Below, in pieces: positions 1-13,683 of a stretch of DNA of 64,000 nt (its first letter is position 1; every line of letters begins with the position of its first letter). Location of the stretch: assembly GCA_964016885.1 (NCBI GenBank), contig OZ024741.1, positions 226,734,001-226,798,000 of the forward strand, written 5' to 3'. Source of the stretch: Eledone cirrhosa (lineage: Eukaryota). The notes under the pieces are model-generated. The model was not told the DNA's origin, did no database searches, and saw only the letters and a program-made list of their open reading frames with translations. The position numbers and the translations under genes were made by a program.

Positions 1-24
1 AGATATACTAATTCTCTCTCTCTC

Positions 25-56
<32 letters not shown>

Positions 57-94
57 AATATATATATATATACATATATACATATACATATATA

Positions 95-127
<33 letters not shown>

Positions 128-996
128 GGGGAGAGAGAGAAACAGCCAGAGAGAAAGAGAACTATATATGTGTATATTTAAATTGATGAGGTATCGTTTA
201 ATGCAATCCAAGTAGTATTTTGAGAAATGTGGTTGGTGCAAAATGCACTTAAAATCGAGTGCAGCGGCACATTGCGGATAGCGGTTTTTAGACACACCGG
301 ACCAATGAAACATTTGTTAATACTTAGAATAAACGCCACTGTATAGCAGATCCATGTTATTCTTCACTCCTTTATTATATATATATATATATACAAATTA
401 CACAATATAAATTATAAATTACACAATAATCAAAGTTATGTTCAAATCATAACATTGATTATTGTGTAACTTATATTCCTGCTCTGTAAAACATCTGATG
501 TGTTTACATTGAGCTATTTTTCTTACTGGTAATAAGGTAGTAATAAATTACTGACCTTTCCTGTTTATAGTTGTATGTAGCGTATACATAACTATAAATA
601 GTATCATTATTATTATATATATACGAATTTCGATTTATACTTATTTAATTTGATATCTAACACATCATCAATTGATAAGTATAAGTCCAAGATGTCTAAT
701 CTCTGACAAAAAAATAAACGCAACGTACGTCGAAAGAAAAAAGACAAAGAACTTTCCACTGTGTTGCAGTTCCTGTAAAATATATTGTTTATATACTCAT
801 AATAAATTAAACTAATTTTATTGTAGCCATGGGGTAGGGGAATGAAGGTATGTTAAGATCTTTGAAATTTCGATTCCGGAACACGATTTTTAGTCTCTTT
901 CCAACTCATTCCACTTGCGTAATTGTTAGTCTAGTGATAAGCTCTGAAGACGATAACTTAGCAGTTAATCATTCCTCGTGTATATATACACATACA

Positions 997-1064
<68 letters not shown>

Positions 1065-1169
1065 CATGTATACACAGACACACGCGCGCGCGCGCACACA
1101 CACATACACACACACACGTATATATATTTATATATATATATATATATATATATAGTTTTAATATAGAAG

Positions 1170-1214
1170 AGCTTCTACAGCACTGTTTCATTCGTGAGAA
1201 ATCATCAGGAAGCT
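1170..1214 (-). ncRNA. Type I hammerhead ribozyme motif (PLE-type)
   Basis: Minus strand: AGCTTC-CTGATGA-TTTC tcac GAAT-GAAA-CAG tg CTG-TA-GAAGCT; GUA cleavage triplet, 6-bp stem I. Confidence 0.8.
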
Positions 1215-1429
1215 GTCTGTTCAAGTAAATGGTAGTATTATGTATTTCCTTATCTAGTGGTAGGAGAGGGTGGGGATTGGGATGGGTGTAGGTCATTGGT
1301 TGAAGGATTTAAAGAAAGGGGATTCATTAAAGGCTAATTCTTTAAAGCTATAATATTAACAAAGGCAGAAAGAATACTGTAAACAAGTTCAAAATTGGAA
1401 TACCAATCCTTGTTTATCACTTAAAGTAA

Positions 1430-1617
1430 TAATTGTTTCTACTTTAGGCACAAGGCCAGCAATTACCCAGTGCATTACTGGTACTTTATTTTATCGACCC
1501 CGTAAGGATGAAAGGCAAAGTTAACCTCGGCGGGATTTGAACTCAGTCCGTAAAGGGACGTAACTATGCTGCAAAGCATGGCGTCCGACTCTCTACCGAT
1601 ACTGTCAATCCACCGCC
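1430..1617 (-). mobile_element. tRNA-derived SINE (octopus-type, Meta/CORE-like central domain)
   Basis: A-box-like TGACAGTATCGG, B-box GAGTTCAAATCC, core GCCTTTCATCCTTACGGGGTCGATAAAATAAAGTACCAG; 10-bp TSD CTTAAAGTAA (1420-1429, 1618-1627). Confidence 0.9.
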
Positions 1618-2174
1618 CTTAAAGTAACAATGCCTGTAAGACAGGTGTCTACAGGATGGATGGGGTTCAATGGTTTAAAGAAAAGGGAAATTCTTTAGAA
1701 GCTAATTCTTTAAGGCTAAATGAGGGTGACAAAGGCAGAAAAGGTTCCATCAACAGATTCAAGTGTTGGGGTGAACCCCCTATAGTGAAGTTTCTCTTAA
1801 TATATATTCCAGGTGTCGACAAACACATTCACACACGCGCCCACTTACACACGTACGCACACTTACACGCACGCACAAACAGAAAGGCACACACAGAACA
1901 AACATACATAATGGTACATACGCACATACATACATACAAATACATACATAGATACACATATACATATATATGTGTACATACATACGCATACATATACATA
2001 TATATATATACATATATATATACACACATATATATATACATACACAGTGCATACATATACATATATATATAAACATACATACACACATACATATATAAAT
2101 ATAAGTGAATACACAAGTACACACAAACACACATACAGACACATATATCCAAATATATATATATAATACATATA

Positions 2175-2246
<72 letters not shown>

Positions 2247-2352
2247 TACATACATACATATACTCACACATATACACATGTATATATATACGTATATACA
2301 CATATACATATATATAAAGAAGAAATTAAAAGATGGTTAAAAAAGTTCCATA

Positions 2353-2422
2353 TATTTTATTATGCGCATTTCGAAAACAAGATCATCCTGGGACAAAAAT
2401 TGTGTTCTCATCAGATAAAATA
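2353..2422 (-). ncRNA. Type I hammerhead ribozyme motif
   Basis: TATTTTAT-CTGATGA-GAACAC...GTTTTC-GAAA-TGCGCA-TA-ATAAAATA; palindromic stem III. Confidence 0.8.
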
Positions 2423-2550
2423 AGGTAACATGATATGAGGCCTAAAAACACTTGTGAACAAGAAAGTGTCCAGTCAACATATGACAAAAATATAAGAGAA
2501 GTAAAATAAAAATAAAAATAAAAATAAAAATTATATTAAAAATAATAATA

Positions 2551-2740
2551 ATAATTGTTTCTACTTTAGGCACAAGGCCAGCAATTACCCAGTGCATTAC
2601 TGGTACTTTATTTTATCGACCCTGTAAGGATGAAAGGCAAAGTCAACCTCAGCGGGATTTGAACTCAGATCGTAAAGGGACGTAACTATGCTGGAAAGCA
2701 TGGCGTCCGACCCTCTACCGATACTGCCAATCCACCGCCC
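2551..2740 (-). mobile_element. tRNA-derived SINE
   Basis: Same family as 1430-1617. Confidence 0.9.
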
Positions 2741-3544
2741 TTTAAATAATAATAATAATAATTATAAAAAAGGTTTTTTTTTTAAATAAAATAAAATAAG
2801 GTAAAATAAAATAAAATAAAGTAAAATAAAATAAAATAAAATAAAATAAAATAAGATAGACTAAAATAAAAAAGACTAGAATAAAAAAATAAGAAATAAT
2901 AAATAAAAATAAGAATAGTCCATCTACGTCAAAAATAAAAATTACTATTAAAAATTTATATATATATTAGATTATTATTTTAATATTTTATATCAACAAG
3001 TAAATAAAGGAAATAGCTACAAAGGTTTAAACCTAAAAAGACATATGACGTCATAGATTGTTTACAAAATCTACGAAGGTTTGAACGAAAAAATTAACGT
3101 CAATAGAGAAAGAAGGTGAAAGGCTTAATAATGCAATGAAAAGAGGATTAATACATTGTAGAATATAATGAAATATGTGAGAAAAAATGTGTGAAAAGAT
3201 ATGTGTAAATATATATGTGTAAAAAAAATTATATATGTAAAAAAAGATTAACCGTTATTCGTAGAATATGTTATATAACATTAGCTGTATACTTTGTAAA
3301 AGGTCATAAAAGATTTATGAATACAGATAGCAAATATGTCCATACGTCTATTTATTAAATAGTTGAAATTCGAGATAATGGTAAATTTTTCAGCCAGACA
3401 TAAATTACAGACTCTAGATATGGAAGCATTGGAGTAAGGTAAAGCGTTGCAAATTTTACGCGAAGAGATTTCGTAATTAATGTTTTGGTCTTTTAAGGAC
3501 CTAATAAGGTGAAACTTGAACAAGTTGATGAGGCATTGGCCGAA

Positions 3545-3895
3545 GAGAAAAGTGTCTGTCTTCAGTCCTTTTAATCTGGTTCACCATATAGCAGGAAAAT
3601 TTCCTGCTCTTCCTGACCTAAGGAAGGCGGCGGGTCGATCTTCACGGTAGACTCGGCCGATAGCCGGATTCGTGCCACACGCGACAGTAGCGGTTCGACA
3701 TAACTCCACAAGTCAGTAATGCACGGACATTGGACAAGTGCATGCAGAACGGTTTCGTCGTTCTGTGCGCATCTTAGGCAGGTCCGTCTGACAGCACTTC
3801 CGTGCCTGTAGAGTTTATCCCGAACCGGCAGTGCCCCCCGGTAGCACTGCCAAGCGAGGGATTTCTGGAAATTGTTCATCGTCCCCGGTTCGAAA
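3545..3895 (-). mobile_element. Tx1/L1-type LINE ORF2 3' fragment (zf-RVT region)
   Basis: NFQKSLAWQCYRGALPVRDKLYRHG...CLRC..DETVLHALVQCP matches the longer copies in this window. Confidence 0.85.
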
Positions 3896-3926
3896 GTAAG
3901 GTACTCAATACATAGAGAGTATAAAA

Positions 3927-4428
3927 GTTTTAACATAGAGGAGCTTCTACATAACTAGAAGTGTTTCATTCGTCAGAAATCATCAGGAAGCTGGCTGTCC
4001 AGGTAAATGGTAGTATTTATGTCTTTCCTTATATTGTGGTAGGAGAGGGTGGGGATTGGGATGGGTGTAGGTCATTGGTTGAAGGATTAAAAAAAGGGGA
4101 TTCATTAAAAGCTAATACTTTAAAGCTATAATATTAACAAAGGCAGAAAGAATACTGTAAACAAGTTCAAAATTGGAATACCAATCCTTGTTTATCACTT
4201 AAAGTAACAATGCCTGTAAGACCGGTGTCTACAGGATGGGTGGGGTTCAATGGTTTAAAGAAAAGGGAAATTCTTTAGAAGCTAATTCTTTAAGGCTAAA
4301 ATGAGGGTGACAAAGGCAGAAAAGGTTCCATCAACAGATTCAAGTGTTGGGGTGAACCCCCCTATAGTGAAGTTTCTCTTAATATATATTCCAGGTGTCG
4401 ACAAACACATTCACACACGCGCCCACTT
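3927..4428 (-). mobile_element. Penelope-like terminal fragment, copy 2 (empty SINE site)
   Basis: Duplicate of 1155-1850 lacking the SINE; single CTTAAAGTAA at 4198-4207. Confidence 0.6.
3942..3992 (-). ncRNA. Type I hammerhead ribozyme motif
   Basis: AGCTTC-CTGATGA-TTTC tgac GAAT-GAAA-CA...TG-TA-GAAGCT. Confidence 0.7.
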
Positions 4429-4821
4429 ATATATATATGTATTTTCTTGTCGTTAACGAAGCATAAGGTACCCACCTTGGTTCCAGGGCAGGGAGACCTC
4501 TTAATATTCGGGCTTTAAGCTCGAATATTCATATTTATTTTTAAAAACTTCGAAAAAATCGCTTCCCCACCCCCCAAAAATGGAAATTTTCGACCTTGAA
4601 ACGGTAAACAACGTACAGGTCAAAAACAGCCACTGTAGATTTCACCACAACTACGACTACTACAGACATGTCTGTCGTCCACTCCACTGAATGTGAAGGT
4701 AAAACTCAAAAGCTACCATCACAACCGCTCCCTTCTGTGTTAGCAGCAGTATCATCTGAAAACGACATCACCGCCACCACCACCGCCACCATCACAACAA
4801 CAACAACTCAGAACAACAACG

Positions 4822-4903
<82 letters not shown>

Positions 4904-5449
4904 AAGAATTAGTATATCTACCAACATATATATACAGATGTATAGCTATGCAAACAAATATATAGGTTTTGTCTTAGTAGCTTTGTGGTTCAATGCAAGG
5001 AGATGCAGAACAATTATATGAAAAACGTTGCGTGGACACAGGGAACTTCTAAAAAAATGTTCAGTGGATGGAAAAGAGCAAGCGGGGACTAAATTCCAAG
5101 ACACTTAAAAAACTCACTGCCTTCTTGTTCGGTGGCAAATTCAAAAGAATCAATCACGTGACATCGAGGTTAATCAGTGAGGAGTGGGATATTAAAAAGA
5201 CAGTAGCCAATCTGTTACTATGAACTGTAGTAGTAATTTTGGCAAATATTTGCTCAACAAAATAATTTGGAGATAATTTTAAAGAATTAGTATATCTACC
5301 AACATATATATACAGATGTATACTAATGCAAGCAAATATATAGGTTTTGTCTTACTAACTTTGTGGTTCAATGCAAGGAGATGCAGAACAATTATATGAA
5401 AAACGTAAAATAAGAAAATTATAGTAATTAATTTATTTACTTATATTTC

Positions 5450-5521
5450 ACTCCAACTAAATTGTTTCTGAAAGGGAATATACATGAAGATCATGGAGAA
5501 ACCTTTTCGTCATCAGGGAGT
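5450..5521 (-). ncRNA. Array hammerhead motif (core intact, stem III altered)
   Basis: ACTCC-CTGATGA-CGAAAAGG...CCCTTTCA-GAAA-CAATTTAG-TT-GGAGT. Confidence 0.55.
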
Positions 5522-5938
5522 CATTCTCAGCTAATATACCTGGCGATGCGTGGACACAGGGAACTTATACAACAATATTCAGTGGATGGAAAAGAGCAAG
5601 CGGGGACTAAATTCCAAGACACTGAAAACAATCACTGCCTTCTTGTTCGGTGTCGAATTCAAAAGAATCAATCACGTGTCACCGAGGTTAATCAGTGAGG
5701 AGTGGGGTGTTAAAAAAAACAGTAGCCAAGCTGTTACTATGAACTATAGTAGTAAATTGGCAAATTTTTGCACGACAAAATAATTTGGAGATAATTATAT
5801 ACAGATGTATACCTAAGCAAGAAAATATATAGGTTTTGTCTTAGTAACTTTGTGCTTCAATGCAAGGGGATGCAGAACAATTATATGAAAAACGTAAAAT
5901 AAGAAAATTATAGTAATTAGCTTACTTACTTGAATTTC

Positions 5939-6010
5939 ACTCCAACTAATTAGTTTCTGAAAGGGAATATACATGGAGATCATGGAGAAACCTTTTCGTC
6001 ATCAGGGAGT
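5939..6010 (-). ncRNA. Array hammerhead motif (intact)
   Basis: ACTCC-CTGATGA-CGAAAAGG...CCCTTTCA-GAAA-CTAATTAG-TT-GGAGT; AACTAATTAGTT is a perfect palindrome; GUU triplet. Confidence 0.75.
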
Positions 6011-6446
6011 CATTCTCAGCTAATATACCTGGCGATGCGTGGACACAGGGAACTTATACAAAAATATTCAGTGGATGGAAAAGAGCAAGCGGGGACTAAA
6101 TTCCAAGACACTGAAAGCAATCACTGCCTTCTTGTTCGGTGGCAAATTCAAAAGAATCAATCACGTGACTTCGAGGTTAATCAGTGAAGAGTAGGGTGTT
6201 AAAAAGACAGTAGCCAAGCGGTTACTATGAAATATAATAGTAATTTTGGCAAATATTTTATCAACAAAATAATTTGGAGATAATTATACAGAATTAGTAT
6301 ATCTACCAACATATATACACAGATGTATACCTATGCAAGCAAATATATAGGTTTTATCTTAGTAGCTTTGTGGGTCAATACAGAACAATTATATGAAAAA
6401 CGTAAAATAAGAAAATTATAGTAATTAGCTTACTTACTTAAATTTC

Positions 6447-6518
6447 ACTCCAACTAATTAGTTTCTGAAAGGGAATATACATCGAGATCATGGAGAAACC
6501 TTTTCGTCATCAGGGAGT
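6447..6518 (-). ncRNA. Array hammerhead motif (intact)
   Basis: Same as 5939-6010. Confidence 0.75.
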
Positions 6519-7473
6519 CATTCTCAGCTAAGATACCTGGCGATGCGTGGACACAGGGAACTTATACAAAAATATTCAGTGGATGGAAAAGAGCAAGCAG
6601 GGACTAAATTGCAAGACACTGAAAACAATCACTGGCTTCTTGTTCGGTGGCAAATTCAAAAGAATCAATAACGAGACATCGAGGTTTATCAGTGAGGAGT
6701 GGGGTGTTAAAAAGACATTAGCCCAGCTGTTACTATGAACTATAATAGTAATTTTGGCAAATTATTGCTCATCAACATAATTTGGAGATAATTATAAAGA
6801 ATAGTATATCTACCAATATATATATATACAGCTGTATACCTATGCAAGCAAATATATAGGTTTTGTCTTAGTAACTTGGTGGTTCAATGCAAGGGGATGC
6901 AGAACAATTATTTGTAAAACGTAAAATAAGAAAATTATAGCAATTAGCTTATTTATTTAACAATCACTCCAACTAATTAATTTCTGAAACGGAATATACA
7001 TGGAGATCACGGAGAAACCTTTTTTGTCATCAAGACATCATTCTCAGCTAAGATACCTGGCGATGCGTGGTCACAGGGAACTTATACAAAAATATTCAGT
7101 GGTGGAAAAGAGCAAGCAGGGACTAAATTCCAAGACACTTAAAACAATCACTGCCTTCTTGTTCGGTGGCAAATTCAAAAGAATCAATCACGTGACATCG
7201 AGGTTAATCAGTGAGGAGTGGGGTGTTAAAAAGACAGTAGCCAAGATGTTACTGTGAACTATAGTAGTAATTTTGGCAAATTTTTGCTCAACAAAATAAT
7301 TTGGAGATAATTATAAAGAATTAGTATATCTACCAACATATATACACAGATGTATACCTATGCAAGCAAATATATAGGTTTTATCTTAGTAGCTTTGTGG
7401 GTCAATGCAGAACAATTATATGAAAGACGTAAAATAAGAAAATTATAGTAATTAGCTTACTTACTTAAATTTC

Positions 7474-7545
7474 ACTCCAACTAATTAGTTTCTGAAAGGG
7501 AATATACATGGAGATCATGGAGAAACCTTTTCGTCATCAGGGAGT
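7474..7545 (-). ncRNA. Array hammerhead motif (intact)
   Basis: Same as 5939-6010. Confidence 0.75.
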
Positions 7546-10500
7546 CATTCTCAGCTAATATACCTGGCGATGCGTGGACACAGGGAACTTATACAAAAAT
7601 ATACAGTGGATGGAAAAGAGCAAGCGGGAACTAAATTCCAAGACACTGAAAACAATCACTGGCATCTTGTTCTGTTGCAAATTCAAAATAATTAATAACG
7701 AGACATCGAGGTTTATCAGTGAGGAGTGGGGTGTTAAAAAGACAGTAGCCAAGCTGTTACTATGAACTATAATAGTAATTTTGGCAAATTATTGCTCAAC
7801 AAAATAATTTGGAGATAATTATAAAGAATTAGTATATCTACCAAAATATATATACAGATGTATACCTATGCAAGCAAATATATAGGGTTTGTCTTAGTAA
7901 CTTTGTGGTTCAATGCAAGGGGATGCAGAACAATTATATGAAAAACGTAAAATAAGAAAATTATAGCAATTAGCTTATTTACTTAACTTTCACCCCAACT
8001 AATTAGTTTCTGAAAGGGAATATACATGGAGATCATGGAGAAACCTTTTTGTTACAGGGAGTCATTCTCAGCTAAGATACCTAGCGATGCGTGGACACAG
8101 GAAACTTATACAAAAATATTCAGTGCATGGAAAAGAGCAAGCGGGGTCTAAATTCCAAGTCACTTAAAACAATCGCTGCCTTCTTGTTTGGTTGCAAATT
8201 CAAAAGAATCAATCACGTGACATCGAGGTTAATCAGTGAGGAGTGGGGTGTTAAAAAGACAGTAGCCAAGCTGTTACTATGAACTATAATAGTAATTTTG
8301 GCAAATATTTGCTCAACAAAATAATTTGGAGATAATTATAAAGAATTAGTATATCTACCAAAATATATATACAGATGTATACCTATGCAAGCAAATATAT
8401 AGGTTTTATCTTAGTAACTTTGTGGTTCAATGCAAGGGGATACAGAACAAATATATGAAAAACGTTAAATAAGAAAAATATAGTAATTAGCTCATTTACT
8501 TAAATTTCACTCCAACTAATTAGATTCTGAAAGCGAATATACATGGAGATCATGGAGAAACCTTTTCGTCTCAGGGAGTCATTCTCAGCTAAGATACGTG
8601 GCGAGGCGTGGACACAGGGAACTTATACAAAAATATTCAGTGGATGGAAAAGAACAAGCAGGGACTAAATTCCAAGACACTGAAAACAATCACTGCCTTC
8701 TTGTTCTGTTGCAAATTCAAAAGAATCAGTCACGTGACATCGAGCTTAATCAGTGAGGAGTGGGGCGTTAAAGGGACAGTAATCAAGCTGTTACTGTTAA
8801 CTATTGTAGTAATTTTGGCAAATTGTTGCTCAACAAAATAATTTGGAGATAATTATAAAGAATTAGTATATCTACCAACATATATATACAGATGTATACC
8901 TATGTAAGCAAATATATAGGTTTTGTCTTAGTAACTTTGTGGTTCAATGCAAGGGGATGCAGAACAATTATATGAAAAACGTAAAATAAGAAAATTATAG
9001 TAATTAGCTTACTTACTTAAATTTCATTCCAACTAATTAGTTTCTGAAAGGGAATATACATGGAGATCATGGAGAAAACTTTTCCTCATCATGGAGTCGT
9101 TCTCAGCTAAGATACTTGGCGATGCGTGGACACAGGGAACTTATACAAAAATATTCAGTGGGTGGAAAAGAACAAGCCGGGACTAAATTCCAAGATACTG
9201 AAAAATGCCACTGCCTTTTTGGTCGGTGGCAAATTCAAAAGAATCAATCACGTGTCATTGAGATTAATCAGTGAGGAGTGGGGTGTTAAAAAGACAGTAG
9301 CCAAGCTGCTACTATGAACTATAGTAGTAATTTTGACAAATTTTTGATCAACAAAATAATTTGGAGATAATTATAAAGAATTAGTATATCTACCAGCATA
9401 TATATACAGATGTATACCTATGCAAGCAAATATATAGGTTTTGTCTTAGTGACTTTGTGGTTCAATGCAAGGGGATGCAGAACAATTATATGAAAAACGT
9501 AAAATAAGAAAATGATAGCAATTAGCTTATTTACTTAACTTTCACCCCAACTAATTAGTTTCTGAAAGGGAATATACATGGAGATCATGGAGAAACCTTT
9601 TTGTTACAGGGAGTCATTCTCAGCTAAGATACCTAGCGATGCGTGGACACAGGAAACATATACAAAAATATTCAGTGCATGGAAAAGAGCAAGCGGGGTC
9701 TAAATTCCAAGTCACTTAAAACAATCGCTGCCTTCTTGTTTGGTTCCAAATTCAAAAGAATCAATCACGTGACATCGAGGTTAATCAGTGAGGAGTGGGG
9801 TGTTAAAAAGACAGTAGCCAAGCTGTTACTATGAACTATAATAGTAATTTTGGCAAATATTTGCTCAACAAAATAATTTGGAGATAATTATAAAGAATTA
9901 GTATATCTACCAAAATATATATACAGATGTATACCTATGCAAGCAAATATATAGGTTTTATCTTAGTAACTTTGTGGTTCAATGCAAGGGGATACAGAAC
10001 AAATATATGAAAAACGTTAAATAAGAAAAATATAGTAATTAGCTCATTTACTTAAATTTCACTCCAACTAATTAGATTCTGAAAGCGAATATACATGGAG
10101 ATCATGGAGAAACCTTTTCGTCATCAGGGAGTCATTCTCAGCTAAGATACCTGGCGATGATGGACACTGGGAACTTATACAAAAATATTCAGTGGATGGA
10201 AAAGAGGAAGCGGGGCCTAAATTCCAAGACACTGAAAAAAATCACTGCTTTCTTGTTCTTTGGCACATTCAAAAGAATCAATCACGTGACATCTAGGTTA
10301 ATCAGTAAGGAGTGGGGTGTTAAAAAGACAGTAGCCAAGCTGTTACTATGAACTATAGTAGTAATTTTGGCAAATTTTTGCTGAACAAAATAATTTGAAG
10401 ATAATTTTAAAGAATTATTATATCTACGAACATATATATACAGATGTATACCTATGCAAGCAAATATATAGGTTTTGTCTTAGTTACATTGTGGTTCAAT

Positions 10501-11094
10501 GCAAGGGGATGCAGAACAATTATATGAAAAACGTAACATAAGAAAATTATAGTAATTAGCTTACTTACTTAAATTTCACTCCAACTAATTAGATTCTGAA
10601 AGCGAATATACATGGAGATCATGGAGAAACCTTTTCGTCTCAGGGAGTCATTCTCAGCTAAGATACGTGGCGAGGCGTGGACACAAGGGAACTTATACAA
10701 AAATATTCAGTGGATGGAAAAGAACAAGCAGGGACTAAATTCCAAGACACTGAAAACAATCACTGCCTTCTTGTTCTGTTGCAAATTCAATGAATCAGTC
10801 ACGTGACATCGAGCTTAATCAGTGAGGAGTGGGGCGTTAAAGGGACAGTAATCAAGCTGTTACTGTTAACTATTGTAGTAATTTTGGCAAATTGTTGCTC
10901 AACAAAATAATTTGGAGATAATTATAAAGAATTAGTATATCTACCAACATATATATACAGATGTATACCTATGTAAGCAAATATATAGGTTTTGTCTTAG
11001 TAACTTTGTGGTTCAATGCAAGGGGATGCAGAACAATTATATGAAAAACGTAAAATAAGAAAATTATAGTAATTAGCTTACTTACTTAAATTTC

Positions 11095-11166
11095 ATTCCA
11101 ACTAATTAGTTTCTGAAAGGGAATATACATGGAGATCATGGAGAAAACTTTTCCTCATCAGGGAGT
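11095..11166 (-). ncRNA. Array hammerhead motif (core intact, one stem I mismatch)
   Basis: ACTCC-CTGATGA-GGAAAAG...CCTTTCA-GAAA-CTAATTAG-TT-GGAAT. Confidence 0.65.
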
Positions 11167-13683
11167 CGTTCTCAGCTAAGATACTTGGCGATGCGTGGAC
11201 ACAGGGAACTTATACAAAAATATTCAGTGGGTGGAAAAGAACAAGCCGGGACTAAATTCCAAGATACTGAAAAATGCCACTGCCTTTTTGGTCGGTGGCA
11301 AATTCAAAAGAATCAATCACGTGTCATTGAGATTAATCAGTGAGGAGTGGGGTGTTAAAAAGACAGTAGCCAAGCTGCTACTATGAACTATAGTAGTAAT
11401 TTTGACAAATTTTTGCTCAACAAAATAATTTGGAGATAATTATAAAGAATTAGTATATCTACCAGCATATATATACAGATGTATACCTATGCAAGCAAAT
11501 ATATAGGTTTTGTCTTAGTGACTTTGTGGTTCAATGCAAGGGAATGCAGAACAAATATATGAAAAACGTTAAATAAGAAAAATATAGTAATTAGCTCATT
11601 TACTTAAATTTCACTCCAACTAATTAGTTTCTGAAAGGAAATATACATGGAGATCATGGAGAAAACTTTTCCTCATCGGGGAGTCATTCTCAGCTAAGAT
11701 ACCTGGCGATGATGGACACAGGGAACTTATACAAAAATATTCAGAGGATGGAAAAGAGGAAGCGGGGCCTAAATTCCATGACACTGAAAAAAAATCACTG
11801 CTTTCTTGTTCTTTGGCACATTCAAAAGAATCAATCACGTGACATCGAGATTAATCAGCGAGGAGTGGGGTGTTAAAAAGACAGTAGCCAAGCTGTTATT
11901 ATGAACTATAGTAGTAATTTTGGCAAATTTTTGCTCAACAAAATAATTTAGAGATAATTATAAAGAATTAGTATATCTACGAACATATATACACAGATGT
12001 ATACCTATGCAAGCAAATATATAGGTTTTATGTTAGTAACTTTGTGGTTCAATGCAAGGGCATACAGAACAAATATATGAAAAACGTTAAATAAGAAAAA
12101 TATAGTAATTAGCTCATTTACTTAAATTTCACTCCAACTAATTAGTTTCTGAAAGGGAATATACATGGAGATCATGGAGAAAACTTTTCCTCATCGGGGA
12201 GTCATTCTCAGCTAAGATACCTGGCGATGCGTGGACACAGGGAACTTATACAAAAATATTCAGTGGGTGGAAAAGAGCAAGCGGGGACTAAATTCCAAGA
12301 CACTGAAAAATGTCACTGCCTTTTTGGTCGATGGCAAATTCAAAAGAATCAATCACGTGTCATCGAGATTAATCAGTGAGGAGTGGGGTGTTAAAAAGAC
12401 AGTAGCCAAGCTGCTACTATGAACTATAGTAGTAATTTTGGCAAATTTTTGCTCAACAAAATAATTTGGAGATAATTATAAAGAATTAGTATATCTACCA
12501 GCATATATATACAGATGTATATCTATGAAAGCAAATATATAGGTTTTGTCTTAGTGACTTTGTGGTTCAATGCAAGGGGATGCAGAACAAATATATGAAA
12601 AACGTTAAATAAGAAAAATATAGTAATTAGCTCATTTACTTAAATTTCACTCCAACTAATTAGTTTCTGAAAGGGAATATACATGGAGATCATGGAGAAA
12701 ACTTTTCCTCATCGGTGAGTCATTCTCAGCTAAGATACCTGGCGATGCGTGGACACAGGGAACTTATACAAAAATATTCAGTGGGTGGAAAAGAGCAAGC
12801 GGGGACTAAATTCCAAGACACTGAAAAATGTCACTGCCTTCTTGTTAGGTGGCAAATTCAAAAGAATTGATCACGTGTCATCGAGATTATTCAGTGAGGA
12901 ATGGGGTGTTAAAAAGACAGTAGCCAAGCTGTTATTATGAACTATAGTAGTAATTTTGGCAAATTTTTGCTGAACAAAATAATTTGAAGATAATTTTAAA
13001 GAATTATTATATCTACGAACATATATATACAGATGTATACCTATGCAAGCAAATATATAGGTTTTGTCTTAGTAACTTTGTGGTTCAATGCAAGGGGATA
13101 CAGAACAAATATATGAAAAACGTTAAATAAGGAAATTATAGTAATTAGCTTATTTATTTAAATTTCACTCCAACTAATTAGATTCTGAAAGCGAATATAC
13201 ATGGAGATCATGGAGAAACCTTTTCGTCATCAGGGAGTCATTCTCAGCTAAGATACCTGGCGATGCGTGGACACAGGGAACTTATACAAAAATATTCAGT
13301 GGATGGAAAAGAGCTAGAGGGGACTAAATTCCACGACACTGAAAAAAATCACTGCCTTCTTGTTCGGTGGCACATTCAAAAGAATCAATAACGTTACATC
13401 GAGGTTAATCAGTGAGGAGTGGGGTGTTAAAAAGACAGTAGCCAAGCTGCTACTATGAACTATAGTAGTAATTTTGGCAAATTATTGATCCACAAAATAA
13501 TATGGAGATAATTATAAAGAATTAGTACATCTACCAACATATATATACAGATGTATACCTATGCAAGCAAATATATAGGTTTTGTCTTAGTAAGTTTGTG
13601 GTTCAATGCAAGGGGATGCAGAAAAATTATATGACAAACGTAAAATAAGAATTTAAGGAAGTAAATTAATTTTCTTATTTTAC

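Larger units (their letters stand above)
1155..1850 (-). mobile_element. Penelope-like element terminal (pLTR) fragment, copy 1, interrupted by a SINE
   Basis: Near-identical to 3927-4428; abuts (TA)n; carries a hammerhead at 1170-1214. Confidence 0.6.
2317..3530 (-). mobile_element. Penelope-like retroelement 3' remnant (GIY-YIG C-terminus, AT-rich 3' region, hammerhead)
   Basis: ORF 3281-3523 (HLIRSLKDQNINYEI...PYSN..RVCNLCLAEK..II...LINRR..IFAICIHK) resembles the Neptune/Penelope GIY-YIG C-terminal region; ends at (TA)n after a hammerhead. Confidence 0.7.

Noticed and set aside
938-975. GATAAGCT-CTGAAGA hammerhead start
   Set aside because: No GAAA, stem III or stem I partner; at most a truncated relic
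8-2317. IYIYIY/YTHT ORFs here and throughout the window
   Set aside because: Translations of (TA)n, (CA)n and (ATAC)n microsatellites
6430-6480. Minus-strand microexon in each unit (ccctttcag|27 nt|gtaagt)
   Set aside because: Stops in all three frames, donor not conserved across units, and it overlaps the hammerhead, which explains the sequence
5550-12940. Repeated 63-aa ORF (MDTGNLYKNIQW...) as a tandem gene family
   Set aside because: Mostly GTG starts, stops or frameshifts in several units, many non-synonymous changes and no recognisable domain; the structured signal lies on the other strand
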